64,000 nucleotides of DNA, taken from assembly GCA_964252035.1 (NCBI GenBank), contig OZ176201.1. The stretch is one strand, 5' to 3'. How positions within the stretch are numbered: the stretch's first letter is position 1; every line of letters starts with the position of its first letter. The notes below the pieces were generated by a model. That model saw only the letters and a list, made by a program, of their open reading frames with translations. It made no database searches and was not told the DNA's origin. Below, piece by piece: positions 37,304 to 50,526 of this stretch. Position numbers and translations under genes: made by a program. Source of the DNA: Podarcis erhardii. Its lineage: Eukaryota.

Positions 37304-37698
37304 TTATTAAAAATTACAAGTGGCAAGTCCTATCTTAAAGAGGCATTTCCTTTTATGCAAGAAAGAGGGTCATGGCTATTCTAAGACTACTCTTGCTACA
37401 AAGAATGCATTTTCTAAAGCAAAATTATCACGACAGCCATTCTGAAATCCTAACTGCAGTTCAACACAGGTTGGTGTATTTGATTATCATGGAAATGAGA
37501 GCACACAACTTGTGCAGGGCTATAACAATGGAAACAGATTAGGTAGAACATGTTAGTAAGGCATGACGGTTTACTAGCTTTTTATTTGGAATTGTTCTGC
37601 TTGTGGAAATAAGTCATCTGTTCTTTCACCAATTTCATTCCACGTCAGGATAAAATTTATACCATCGTTTTCCTTTGAGGTATGAAGCATTGAAAGTA

Positions 37699-37749
37699 AT
37701 GCCCTGAGACCCCCGGGTATAGGGGGGTATATTATTATTATTATTATTA
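37699..37749 (+). mobile_element. Very short L2-like 3' terminus with (TTA)n
   Basis: ccctgagacccccgggtataggggggtata followed by (tta)n. Confidence 0.55.
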
Positions 37750-40055
37750 ACCAACAGGGATGTATTCAACTAAATTATTGTGCTTACCTAATTTCCCGTA
37801 CCTCCCTAGGACTACTCCTGTGCATCTACCAAATTTGCTCTGGAGTTCCCCTCAACCCTTCAGAGACCATCTGGAGGGGAGAGTTTTGTTATGCTTGCAG
37901 AAGTTCTGTGCATGCAATTGTTTAATTGGATGCAATTCATGATGATTTTAAATGAAGTATTCTGTTTAGTTTTAAGGCAACTCAGGGTTAGCTACATGCA
38001 CCAGGGCATTCTCCGTGTCTTTCACTGAAGAGACAGCTGGTTGAAGTGGAATAATAAACTACTTGAAAGAAAATATACGAAACCTAGGTGTTTGGTGAAA
38101 ACCTTTGCCTAAAGTTTGACAATCAATTTGTGTATTCTGTCCAAAATTCAACAGCTTGGATACAAACATCCTGCTCACGTAGGCTGGGTGTGTCACCAAT
38201 TTCCATCAAACCCTCATCATCCACCCCTCACCTTCCCCCAAAAAACCTATACCGGTGGGTTCAGTAATCCCAAGTCATTTATTTTGGAGAAGGACACAGG
38301 AAAGTGCAGATGGATGAGTCAGCAAATGCACCCCCACAGCACTAGAAGTGCTTCCTGCTCAGGCAGAAGGCCCTGGAATCTAAGCCAATATTTGCTTTGT
38401 AGTTTAGTGCCTCTTGAACAGCCGCTTTTGCCTCCAAGCCTGGATACAACATCCAAAATCTCTTGAATGCCTTGCAGCAAATGGATTATATCATGACATC
38501 TCCATGCTTTGAACTGAAAAATCAAACTGCAGTAAGGCTCTACACAGAAATGAACGACATTAAGTCATTGCCTGTGACATCAAAATGTCACTAAGGAACT
38601 CCAAAATTAAAGAGATAAAAAAAAATCAAACAAGTATTTTCAAAAGGGAAGCAAAGAGAAGATTTCTCATCAAGGCAAGCAGAGAAAAGTAGTAATTAAA
38701 TTTAAAGTGAGAGTAATTTCTACTCAACCCTTTTAATGTCATGTATAGCATGCCCGATTGCAAACTATGGCCTGAGTAGGGAACAGAACTGTTCCACAGT
38801 GTTGTAAAAAGCATGATTTTGAAGACAAGACTCAATTATATTTATTTCAAACTGGAGCAAAGGCTCCAGAATCAAATTATACTCTTGGTAGAATGCAAAT
38901 GCAGAAGACTGTCTATTCAAAATGGCAAAACCCTAGAAGACGTGCCCAATCAAGCACTCATCACAGGCTCCCTTGAAGGTAGGGTCATGAATTAGGAAAT
39001 TAGCAGGTACACCCAGGTATACCTATCAATCTCATAATGTGTACACTAGCCCCAAACTGAGCTTTTAACTTTGCAGAAAGCACTGAAAGTTGTCTGTTTC
39101 ATTGCGAATTTTTGTTTTTAAAAACCTTAGGCACAGCCTGCCTGAAAAAAACAAAACAAAATAGTTCAACACTGCATTTGTTTCTGTTTGCAGGAAAGAG
39201 AATACTGTACACAGCACAGGAGTGAAACAGAATTGCATGCTATTAATGTTGTGTGTTTTGTAATTTCAAAAAGCATTGACAGACTGAATGCAGGTTTATT
39301 TGTCTACACGTTTAGAAATTTATGCTTATCTAGTGTTACATCAAGGAAGGATGAAAACTATTTGGAGCCGATTTCAAGCCCACGTACAAAGCGTCAGAGA
39401 TACCAGATTTAAAGTAAAATGTTTGGGAATAAAATGAAGTTTGAGTATTATGATAAAGTATACCTTAGAATCAAACTGTCACAACAGAGCCTTTGGTCAT
39501 TAATTCTTTGAGATTTGATACACACAATTAATTTAGCTTCAAGCTTTTTCCCTTTTTCCTAAATGCCTACTCCTAAAATTGTAATGTGTTTTGGGGGAGA
39601 ATGAAATTAGGCACCTTTTACAACATTGCAAACTTAAACCAAGTACAAATTATATGAGTCCATTAGAAAGTGTAATGTCTAAGCGAATCAACTGCATAAA
39701 AGGGTCCAATGCAGAGCATCAGACCTGCAGAAGATCTAGGAGCAAATGGACATGAGGGATAAAGTAACATAAAATGGTGGGGGGAATAATTACACTGGAA
39801 AGGCGTGTGGTTTTTTAAAGCACTGACAAGGATTTGCTATGGGGAAATAAATAGCTGAATAATTTGCCAAAATTAGAACCTTATTTATATTTTCAACACC
39901 AATGTTATTTTGATACGCAGTTAGTGATACTAATTTAAGAGTGTCGAGCAAGAAAATTATTTCCTAAATATTGTGTAAACAGAAAACAGTCCTGTTTCCT
40001 GATTTTATTTCAAAGCTTTTTGAGAAATACACACAAATAATTAGATTTAGTCAAT

Positions 40056-40061
40056 TTTATT
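40056..40061 (-). terminator. PWWP2A: Probable polyadenylation signal of the long PWWP2A isoform
   Basis: - strand ...TGTACAAAAAAACTGTAAATAAAATTG..., ~1.1 kb after the stop. Confidence 0.7.
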
Positions 40062-41184
40062 TACAGTTTTTTTGTACATTTCAGAGCATTACACAATTAC
40101 ATTTTCCATATTTTCTGACCTGCAAACAGATACCTTAAATGGAAATAGTTTAAAAAAAATATGCTGCTCGGTACATCCAAATGCAATAATTACACATCTG
40201 ACAGTTCACAAAGTGTAATTTACTAGGACGCATCCTAAGAATTTAAGAACAAGTAGTCAGGGGGGAGAAATCTGACCAATTATCTATACAACACAAACTC
40301 TCTCAAGCTACACCTTCAAGACAATTGTCCTAGGAGCATCCCACCCCACCCTCCTTGGAAATTATGATTCACACCTATGCAGCATTAACAGCCTCTGATC
40401 CCAAATGCTGGGGTACTATCCAGACCCGCCTGTGAGCAACTGGCTTCCTCTTAACTTGCCAAAACCTGAAGTTCATGCTGCTGTCCCTGGGTGCATAGCA
40501 TAACTAAGCATTTGGGAAAAGGTGACCAACAAGACCTATCTAACAAATGATAAAACCTTTCTAACTGAATTCAGATTAAAATTGGTTTCTAAAAGGATTT
40601 AAAGTGGCCAGTGAGAAAGTGTTTTTAGGCAAAGGCTGAACTCTTTGGGCCCATCACACTATTGTAAATTACGTTTTCTGGGCAGGGGACAGGGAAGGGG
40701 AAACACTGAAATCAAGTTTGAGGCTCAGAGAGGGCCTAGGGTTCTGCATTTAAGGTGGACCATACAAGTCATGTTTAAAACTTCCATTTCATTTGTTCCC
40801 TCCCCCCTCCCCCTACATACACTGAAATGGTATATATAGTGGGTAGAAACTAGTAAAAATTCCCTGCAAATAAACTGCTCTTCAGCTGAGGTTATGGCTC
40901 CTGTGCATGGGGTGGTCAGAGGAATTTTTTACTTTTACCAAAAAAATGTAAGAGTCCTCTTGAAAAATACTGAGATCTCGCTTTAGGTTAATTTGATTGC
41001 ATGTACAATTTGTTAAGTATAACTTTCAGTCAAGACATTGCTACAAATGGACATTTCAGTATATAAAAAAAGCAGCCAACTGAGTGCAATTTTTGTGTTT
41101 AATTGGCTAAGTCCTTCATAGCATTTAACTAGGCTAGACATTTCAAGGAGCCTCCACATTTCTTGCCTACCTTACTTCTCATGT

Positions 41185-42868
41185 TCATGTTTCAAACTGT
41201 GTCAGCAGGGCCCGAACTTCAGGAGTTAGCTGCTTAGCAGCCTTGGCTGCTTCTGTAATGGCCTTGCGGTAAAGACCTTTTCTCTTCTTATTAAATCGCG
41301 ACTGAAAGTTTTCTAAAAAAGGGGAGAGCTGTGAAAGAGCAAGGAAAGATGTTGTTGGGGACCCAAACCATGAAATACGAGCTTCCTGTCGGACTAAGAG
41401 GCCGTTATCTTTTCGGCTCACAGTTATAGAAAGAATACGGGCTGGCCACCATGGGAAACCATATATCTTGGCCCAAACAATGTCTCCTACACATATGGTC
41501 CTGCCATCTGGTGTGACACATTTANNNNNNNNNNNNNNNNNNNNNNNNNNNNNNNNNNNNNNNNNNNNNNNNNNNNNNNNNNNNNNNNNNNNNNNNNNNN
41601 NNNNNNNNNNNNNNNNNNNNNNNNNNNNNNNNNNNNNNNNNNNNNNNNNNNNNNNNNNNNNNNNAGAGTTGGTGGACTTCAAGTCATCTGTGCTATCACT
41701 ACTACACACTGATGCACTGGAAGAGTCAGATTTCTTTTTATTAAGGGTCATGTAAACCGTTATATTGCTTTTGCTGCCTCTCTTGCCCAGTGTCTGCTGT
41801 TCATCCTGATCAACAGGTACATGCACTTCATTTGTGTCCTGAACCTCACTGCTGGCCTCTTCAGGGCCTTCTGAGGGGCTCTGATTTTCTGAAGGGGCCT
41901 CACCTGCTGAGCGGGTAGAGGAGCAGCGAGACTGAGGCTTAGCTGCCATCTTGCCACTCTGCAATTTCTCAAGCCCTGTCTTGAGAGAGGAGTCGTTTTC
42001 TTCATTTCGGTACCTTTGTGGCTTTAGACGCAATCGTGGGGGCAGGGAACCTGAGCTGGTGTTTTGAAGACGCCGTGTGAAGTGGACCTTTGAATGTGCA
42101 TTTTTGGAAGTAGAGGTTGCACTCTGTTTCTTTTGTGCCTTCTCTTTGGCTATTTTCAAAACTTCCCGAGCTTTTGCATGATCCATGTTTTTGCTCTGGA
42201 GAACTTTTTTAGTATTTAACTGCGTTTTTGAAGTATTTGCTTGAGTGGTAACTTTGACTACTCTACTTCTGCTATGAGCAATATTTGCAACTTTGACCAC
42301 GGAATTCCTTTTCTGGCTTTCATTTTGGCTTTTCCCATCAACTTTATGATCAGTTTTAATTTTTTTATTCACAGTAGTTACGCTCTCATGTCTTCGCTTT
42401 CTATTATCCTCATACCTTGAGGAATCACTTGTACTGCTGCCCTTCTTAATTTCTTTCTTTTCTGCAACAATACTGTTCTTACACTTGTCACACAAGACCT
42501 GTCTGGGTCGTAGTTTGATAGCATTCATAATAGAAGTGGGTTCCTCCCTGTACATTTTCCGCTTGGGCCGTTTAATTTTCCGAGGCGGCGGCTGAGGTAT
42601 TGACTGGTTATATGTGTCCCTGATAAACAAAGGAGGAGGATATGGTGCTCCCTCGTGAAAAAGGGGAGGTGGCTTGGAAGTCCATAGGCTTTTAGCCAGG
42701 CTAGGCTCTGATGGCTGGAGGGGAGAAGAGTCTGTGACTACCCCATTGGCTTCACACTTCACTTGGGTCTCATCTTGGAATGATTTACTTTGGAGCTCCA
42801 TCGCTTCAGGATTATCCTTGTACTCCCTTTTGGGAAATATGGTCACAGGGATTCCGTGCGGTCCAAAC
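41185..42868 (-). CDS. PWWP2A: PWWP2A exon 2 (long isoform) including the C-terminal PWWP domain
   Basis: Acceptor TTTTTCTCTCTCATTAAG|G; FGPHGIPVT...LFIRDTYNQSIPQPPPRKIKRPKRK...CDKC...; PWWP signature ICVGDIVWAKIYGFPWWPARIL; ends LLTQFET*. Confidence 0.97.
41525..41664. other. 140-nt run of N (assembly gap or masked sequence) inside PWWP2A exon 2
   Basis: Seen directly; the reading frame is preserved across it (47 codons). Confidence 0.99.
41898..41906 (-). promoter_or_regulatory. PWWP2A: Internal alternative 5' splice site in PWWP2A exon 2
   Basis: CAG|GTGAGG after ...RSA, phase 1; a strong U1 match embedded in coding sequence. Confidence 0.8.
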
Positions 42869-45800
42869 CTTAATGAGAGAGAAAAACACAGAGTTAACTG
42901 CAAATCTTTGCTTAATTGAGATTTCTCAGTATCTTAAGGAGCTAACATTTCACACCACATGAAAACAAGCTTATCATTTCAGAATACACAATGACGTGAA
43001 TTGGAAAATTTCAGCACTGACTAGAAAGCAATCTACCAAGGGTCACAAGAATTGTGTGCCAGCAGCAAAATGGTTTATTTCCCTTTCATTGCTGTTCTCA
43101 AGACACATTTAGAATCTCCTCTATGGCAGTGCAGTGGTTTCAAGACTTTGTCCACAGTGACCCACCTGCCATGGAATTCCTAAAACATTCTGGAGGCAAA
43201 TACTCAGTTGGCAGAGGATACTTCATAAGCTTGTTGGGCTTTATTATAGTCATGTAAGCTGAGAGTGCACTGGAAATGGGCAGGCTCTTGTGCCTCCTAT
43301 TACCCCTCCTTCTCTTGAGGAACCCCATGTTTCTCCAGAAATGTTCTAGAAACAAATGGTTTAGGGAAGCTAATCTTGTAGAAGGTACAGTGCGTGCCTG
43401 GCTATCGGAAGGTAGAGAACTGCAATCGCCTAGCTGTTCTGGTTTTAGGGGAGCTTGGTGCCAAGGTTTCCTGAATGGCAACCACGAATCTCTCCCTGGC
43501 AACCGTCTTCCTAATTCCAGCATGACACGTTAACCCTCCTTCTCCTGGAGCTCTCTGCACAGAGAACTTGGAAGGGCCTCGCCATTTGAGAAGAGACCAA
43601 GCATACCCACCCATCACCTGACATGTACAGAGGAGGAGTCAGTCTCCCAGGCCAAGTCAGAAGGTATGAGAAAGACTCAGCTGCATCTGAACAAGGCTTT
43701 GTGCAAATTGAAAGGCCCGTTGCCTTCTCCTCTGCAAAATTTTCTGCTGTGCCAGATGGCCGAGGTGACCAAAAAGAGTGCGCAGCTAGCCAAATTGTGC
43801 AGACCACCCTTCATCTGTGCATGTCCCCATAATTTTTAGACTGGGCTAATCTTATAAGTATTGGCTAGCTCCAACTAGTCAGGGAAATCAAGACCTTATA
43901 TGAACAGGTCACCTTTAGAACTTTCAAATCCTCCCAGCTAGCTAGCTAGCTCAGGTGCAGAGACAGACATCTTAATCACAGCCAATTCTGTTAACTGTAT
44001 CGCTGAAGATACATGTGATGTGATTAACAGTCAATGCAGTCCTTGGCTAGCATTTCCTATTTAAACAGTCTGAAGAGGTAATCTATCAATTTCAAAGTGA
44101 GAGGGCCTTATTGCTTAGAGTTGGCAATCTTACACAAAAAAGGCTGAAGGCTTTTTTGTACACATTCAGCAGCAAGCATTTCAGCATAAGTAAGTGCTGT
44201 CCATGATGCCCTGCATCATAGGCCTTGCATCGTTCAGCATGGCTGCGACTAGGTGAAAGCAAGGGCTCAAATGGGTGGCATATTACCTGCTTCTACAGCC
44301 TTACCCCACTATATATTACAAACATAAGTCTAAGTGTGGGACCAGGCTGCTCAATTCAAAAAGCTTGGATTCACACTGTTGTCATTCCTCCTGCCTGTTA
44401 AAGAGTAACTTTATGCCACATATAAAGGTGTTTTTCTACACAGACATCAGTTATGTATAAGAAATGGAACATACACCAAATCATTCCTCCTCCCCAATCC
44501 CTTCCACTTCATTAAACAGACTTTAAACTTCTGCCTGAAGGTGCCCATGGATCAGGGTAAACTGTATGCTTCTACTGCTGGGGGTAAGGAAAGGAAAAAG
44601 TCCACCAGATCCACCCCGCCCCCGCATTTTTCTGGCTACCCTCAACTATAAGACATGGGGTGTGGGTCGGTGTTGTTTTGCAAATAAAATGAACGTAGGC
44701 TGATCTATTTTTCTTAATCTGTACAGTAAGTCCTTAGAATTAAACAAAGATGAGGATCACATTATTAAGGATGAGTAGGCAAGCTTATTTACTCCCTACT
44801 TAGGCATACAATCGTGGGCATGAATGAATGAAATACCTAAAGGATGGCTGTATACTTAGCAGCACCTCTTGCTTCACCAAGAATCTACAGAAACATGTTA
44901 TTGTTCTACAGTGAGCCAGCTTGTTCCATTCTAGCTTGCACGGACCTCCCAATAACTTCATTATGCATAATGTGAATTATTGTAAAGTCCTGGGGTTTCA
45001 GATTCTGGAGCTTTCTAACTGCACAATAGAGATCAAGACACCTTCCAGTTCCTGAGCTCCACACAACTTGCACAGCTTTCCCTTTTAAACTCCCTATTCA
45101 GTAGGGGATTTTGTTGCAATTTTGCAAAATTTTAGGCAGCCTGGTTATGGCTACTTAAAAGTATTTAGCACAGCTTTGCCTCCTGGCAAATGTCTCTACT
45201 GACACTGTTCGTGGACTCTTGCTTCCAATACTCCCCAGTTCCTGATTTTAACAACTCCAAAAGACTATCAAAGTTTATACCTACTATCAAATCCTTAGCC
45301 CAAAGCACCATAAACCAGGCCCTACTTTTATCTTTTTTTATTATAAAAAGTATACTTCCTTCAACAATAAGACACTGTTCTGCTGACAGAGAGTATCTCA
45401 AAACTAATCTTTAGAAATTACACCAAAAACTCTGGGAACAATCCAGACAAAGTTCTGCACATCAAGTCCCAATGATTCAAAGGAAAGATATGCAGGTATG
45501 TGCTTACCACTCCCACTGAAGGGAACCAGACTTAGTAGTGCTTCATTTTGCCTAGCTTGTGCCTTCTAAAATCAGAAATTCAGCAGCCTTCCAAGATTAG
45601 AAATTCAGATTTCTAGATGGCATACCCCACCAATTTAATATTTACCAGCAACTTATTTCCCATATCCCTAATAGTCTTAAATTCACTTTGCAAATTTAAT
45701 CATGTTTTTCATAAATCAGACTGAACTATAATCACATTTGCCAACAATTAAGTACTGACTCAGACTTCACATATAAACAATGCTCATCCAGTAAATATGA

Positions 45801-46080
45801 ACTAGCTACAGTGGTTTCTATAAAACAATGTTACATTTGCAATACTGCCATGTTAGTTTGGGCAAGATAAAATATGCAATGTACTCAAGCCATAATTCAC
45901 TGTGATTTTAGTGGAAGGTTTGGGCTTAACTGAATAGCATAAAAGGAACAACAGGTTCTTAGTATGATCTCACCATATTTACAAGAGTATTGACAGTTTC
46001 AGCTTATGAACAGCTGCACAATTCCCAATGGTGGACAATTGTGTTGCACGAAAGATGACCCAAACAAAGTAAAGATATAC

Positions 46081-46268
46081 CAGAGCTTTCCAAACTTTTC
46101 ATTTCGGTGACACACTTTTTAGACATGTATCATTTCGTGACACAGTAAATCGGTTTTACTAGCAAACCGGGGGTTAAACTAACCCCTTTCCAACCTAGGG
46201 AGGAGCTCCAGGAGCGTTCATGAGGCACACCTACACAATGCAGCCGACACACAGTTTGGAAAGCTCTG
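46081..46268. mobile_element. hAT-type MITE
   Basis: Perfect 16-bp TIR CAGAGCTTTCCAAACT; flanks AGATATAC/TCTTATAC. Confidence 0.85.
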
Positions 46269-46558
46269 TCTTATACCAACTAGCAAGAAAGCAGTAATAT
46301 TAGCTCAACTCTTATCTTAAATGAAAAAGAATACGAAGGTAAAATGGAAGCCTATGTCTAACACCCACTTCTGACATTATTTTATGCTAACCAGACCACT
46401 GCAATTTTAACCAGCAACAGAAATATATAAAAACTTAAATCAATATACTAGATGTGCCTATACTGAGCTCTGAACCCTCAGCAGTGCTTTATTTAGAACA
46501 CCTTCACAGACTTTACAATTTATTATATACCTGGAGAGATTATGCAACAAACATAGTA

Positions 46559-46794
46559 CAGTGGTACCTTGGTTTAAGAACAGTCCAGTTTAAGAACAAT
46601 TTGGTTTACAAACTCTGCAAAACCAGAAATAGTGTCTTGGTTTTAGAACTTTACCTCGGTCTAAGAACAGAATCTCAACGGAGGAAGGGCACTGGCAGGC
46701 CTCATTAGGGAAAGTGCCCCTCAGTTTAAGAACAGTTTCGGTTTAAGAACGGACTTCCGGAACAGATTGAAGTTCATAAGCTGAGGTACCACTG
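46559..46794. mobile_element. Tc1/mariner (Tigger-like) MITE
   Basis: TA|CAGTGGTACCT...AGGTACCACTG|TG; internal gtttaagaac repeats. Confidence 0.85.
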
Positions 46795-46930
46795 TGTTTC
46801 AATAGACTCCATTTCCTTGGGAGTCCTACTTTTGCAGTCAAAATAGGAATGATCTAGCTCTGACTAAGGTCTGTTTCAGAGAAGCTAAACACAAAATGGG
46901 CATATCTTACTTACTTTCTATTTAACAGTA

Positions 46931-47161
46931 GTGTGGTACCTTGGGTTAAGAACTTAATTCATTCCAGAGGTCTGTTCTTAACCTGAAACTGTTCTTAACC
47001 TGAAGCACCACTTTAGCTAATGGGGCCTCCCACTGCCGCCGTGTGATTTCTGTTCTCATTCTGAAGCAAAGTTCTAAACCCGTGGTACTATTTCTGGGTT
47101 AGCGGAGTCTGTAACCTGAAGCATCTGTAACCTGAAGCATCTGTAACCCGAGGTGCCACTG
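46931..47161. mobile_element. Tc1/mariner (Tigger-like) MITE, different subfamily
   Basis: gtggtaccttgggtta...taacccgaggtgccactg|TA; internal ctgtaacctgaagcat repeats; left end degraded. Confidence 0.8.
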
Positions 47162-49209
47162 TACACCAATATGGTATTCAGTAAGAAAACTAAAAAGCGT
47201 GGCATGTGTGCTATTAAAGTGGCCACTTCTGCAAAATCACCATGAAGGTACCAAATCTACTCTTAAGGCATATCCTGGGTATCTGTGGCTTATGTCACAG
47301 ATCTTGAGACTGTGGATCAAGACCACCAGTGGGTCATGCAAGGACCAAAAACAAGATTCTTGTACATGCATGCTACAAGTCAAAGAGTATGTTGTAAACA
47401 GACAGATGGTTGTATCCAACAAAGTCGTCCAATCAGCGCAATGTCTTATTTTTGTGCAAAGGTTCTTCCTTTCCCATCTTCTTCTTTTTTGGCGATCACT
47501 TGTAGATTGTCTTGTATAAACAGGGTTTTAACAATGAGTGGTATGCTCCAGAAGGTTGAGGGAACCCCCATAATGGATTTGGGAGGCATGAGGGAGAGGA
47601 AGTCCTGTTGCACAGGAAGAAGTATTTGTACTAACAGGACAACTTTGTTGGCTGCAACCCAAATTGGTTGTTAAGCACCATTAACGAAAAGCCCAGGGCA
47701 AATCCAAATTTCATGAACATATTAAGAGAATTCACTCTAGTCATGTCCTTCAGCTCTCACCTAGGAGTTCAAGACAGACATTTTGGCTTCATAACCTCCC
47801 TACAGTTAAGCCTACACAAACACACAATACCCTACTATATAACGTCTTAGGGAACACTGTTCTAGGGTACAGAGGCAACTAAGTACCTGAGAACGACTTG
47901 TTCAAGGCCGACACATCAGTTCCCAACCACATAAACACACTGTGACTTGACAGTTTGCATCATACTGGTCTGCAGTACATTGAACCCTTGTGAGGGGGAG
48001 GAAGCAACACATTTCCCCTGAATATTCAAACAGTGGCCTTGAGGCCTCCATTTACCACATACAATAATAGGTGCAGAAATGGAGCTACATTTACAAAATC
48101 CAAGGATTGCAGCACTTTACCTCAACAGGGAGAGAGTAATTATATTTCAGTCTTTTTCAATAATAAATGGTGATGGCGATTAATGTTTATAAAAGTATGA
48201 ATCGTATGGAGGGAAGTTTTTCCTCTCTTTCCAGCAAGTAACCAATCCAGGGTGGCCGTCAATATTGTTTAGACCAAAAATTACTTCATATTCTTAGCTT
48301 ATAAATTCACTGTATATGTGATGATGACTGATAGCTTTTAAAGGGAACCGAGAGAAGCTCTGAAGAAACAAGTCTACTGATGGCTATCACTGCCTTTACG
48401 CTCTACTCATGGGACTTCTCAAAAGAATCTGCCTGCCACTGCAGAACACAGGTTTGCTGGACCAAATGATGCAACAGAATTCATTTTTTTCCTTGTGGAA
48501 TTCTCTATTGGTCCCATGTGGCTCTGGTGGCATTCTTGTATGGCTACATAAGTGTAATGGTGCCAACAGTCCCTTCAGCAGATATATAGGGTTTTTTTTA
48601 AGTTCAGGAAGGTAAAATGCACACACCCAACCTTTAATCAGATTTGTACATGTCAGCCAATTCTGACATGACTATTTCTCCTCCACAGCTTCTGACAGGA
48701 ATGCATACTGTAAAAATCTAGTAGGGAACTCCCAACTTCTCCAATAAGAGAAGCTAAGGATTATGGCTTACACTTGGCACCAGCACATTTGTTGCACAGA
48801 GCAGGGTTAGCAGCAGCAGGACCTGATGCCTGGAAATCACTAGCCAAAGACTGAATGTGGGTTAAATTCTAACTCTTGATTTTTACAACTTCCTGAATTG
48901 TATTATGTGTCTCATCATGTTTGAAGGGCAAACATACTTTTAAAGAAAGGTTTCAGAGAACTAATAAATGTATCTGAAATACACATATATAACTAAAGGA
49001 AGTTAACATGTTTGGCCTAGCAGAAGGGTCTGAGAATAAGGAAGCATCTAAATGTCAGCTTTTTGTTTTAATAAATAATCCTTCACCAGAATCACCGAGT
49101 GAAAGGCAGGAAGCAGCAATTCAGCTGTATCATAGCAGACTTAAGCCAGATACAATGGAAGCTACTCAAAATTAAGAGGATCTGAACAGGCTGTTTAGCA
49201 AGTTGATAT

Positions 49210-49240
<31 letters not shown>

Positions 49241-50396
49241 TGGTTAATAAATATGGGAAACAATAAGCATCCATTTGCAGTGATTTAGTTATGGGAAACA
49301 TTGGTTGCCAGCAACCAGACTAAATTATATTTGACATATCTTTCAGCTTTACTATGTAGTTCTGTGCTTTGACAGAAGCAAACTTCGTCAAATGCAGTCT
49401 GATTTTTTAAAATATCCAATCTTTTCCTCTATCCTTCAATTTACGTAAAATGAATTAAGCTTCTCAAGCTAGGAGCCATGACAACCAGAACCAATGTTCC
49501 AGCAATGCTAGAAACTGGATGCTTTAGGAAATATAACACACAGGAAAGTAAGCCATAAGCTTGTATGGTTGTTGCTAATCTGTAGCCTGCTTTCAGTTCC
49601 CGTCCTATGTAAATCTCATGCCCTAGTTGCTCTACTTAAGGCTTAAAGCTGGGGTGGGCTAACCTATGGCCAACCAGATATCAGCCCTGACTACAGGCCA
49701 TGCGGGTGGGAGTGTAGGCCAACATGTGGAACGTCACAAATTGACCACCCCAGCTTAAAAGCCTCACACAACTGCAAAGAAACAACATATGAAAGGAAGG
49801 AAGAAGTAAGAGTGAAGGATGCTAAAGACCAGGGGCGGTCAAGCAGGTATTAATCACTATTGAGAGATAAGCACCAACACGAATCTCTTAGTTTCATAAT
49901 AGCTCAAGAAGATAGCAATACTGGAACAGCTCCGTATTGCTGTCACAGGGGCATCCATCTTAGCACCGTTGAGGCATTACTCTTGAAAAGGAATAAACCA
50001 TAAACAGAGAAAATGGAGTTGTGCATGACAGCCCCACACCCTAATGCTCCTACATATGCCAGACTCCCTGCTCCCTTCTCTATGCTGCCCCACTGAGCAG
50101 CTGGGTCTGAAGGTGAGCTCTGAAAGCTTTCAGTCAAGGCATCCTTGAACCCCCTTAGGGTTCCCAGTAGCAAAGAAGTTTCTAAACACTTTCAACCAAA
50201 CATGCTTAGAATTCCCCTTCAAGCTTTCCCACTCAAAAAGAGGTCAGAATGGGACTCAAGTGGGAGGGAATGAAGCAATGCCCCATGCTCCCCACTTGTG
50301 CTGTGATTCTTTTTTCAGACATAATGAACACAGCTAAGTGTAAGCTTATGAATGGTGTATCTAGATAAGTTATTGTTGAAGAAAATCATGAAGTGC

Positions 50397-50526
50397 AGCA
50401 TGAAAGGTGAACCTGTGGCCCTCCAGATGTTGTTGAGAGTACAGCTCCCATCAGCTTCAGCCAGCATGACTAATGGCCACGGATGGTGACTAACAACATA
50501 TTTGGGCTACAGATCTCTCATCCTTG
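50397..50526. mobile_element. Degraded palindromic hAT MITE
   Basis: aacctgtggccctccagatgttgttg...ctcccatcagc core; boundaries approximate. Confidence 0.55.

Noticed and set aside
43050-43832. Cluster of overlapping 70-127 aa ORFs just upstream of PWWP2A exon 2
   Set aside because: No homology I recognise and no coherent splice-site pair; cannot be supported as an exon or pseudogene.
47199-47674. 106-aa and 129-aa + strand ORFs in the PWWP2A intron
   Set aside because: Composition looks random and there are no domain motifs.
49915-49945. Small hairpin AGCAATAC...GTATTGCT
   Set aside because: An 8-11 bp stem is expected by chance in 64 kb.
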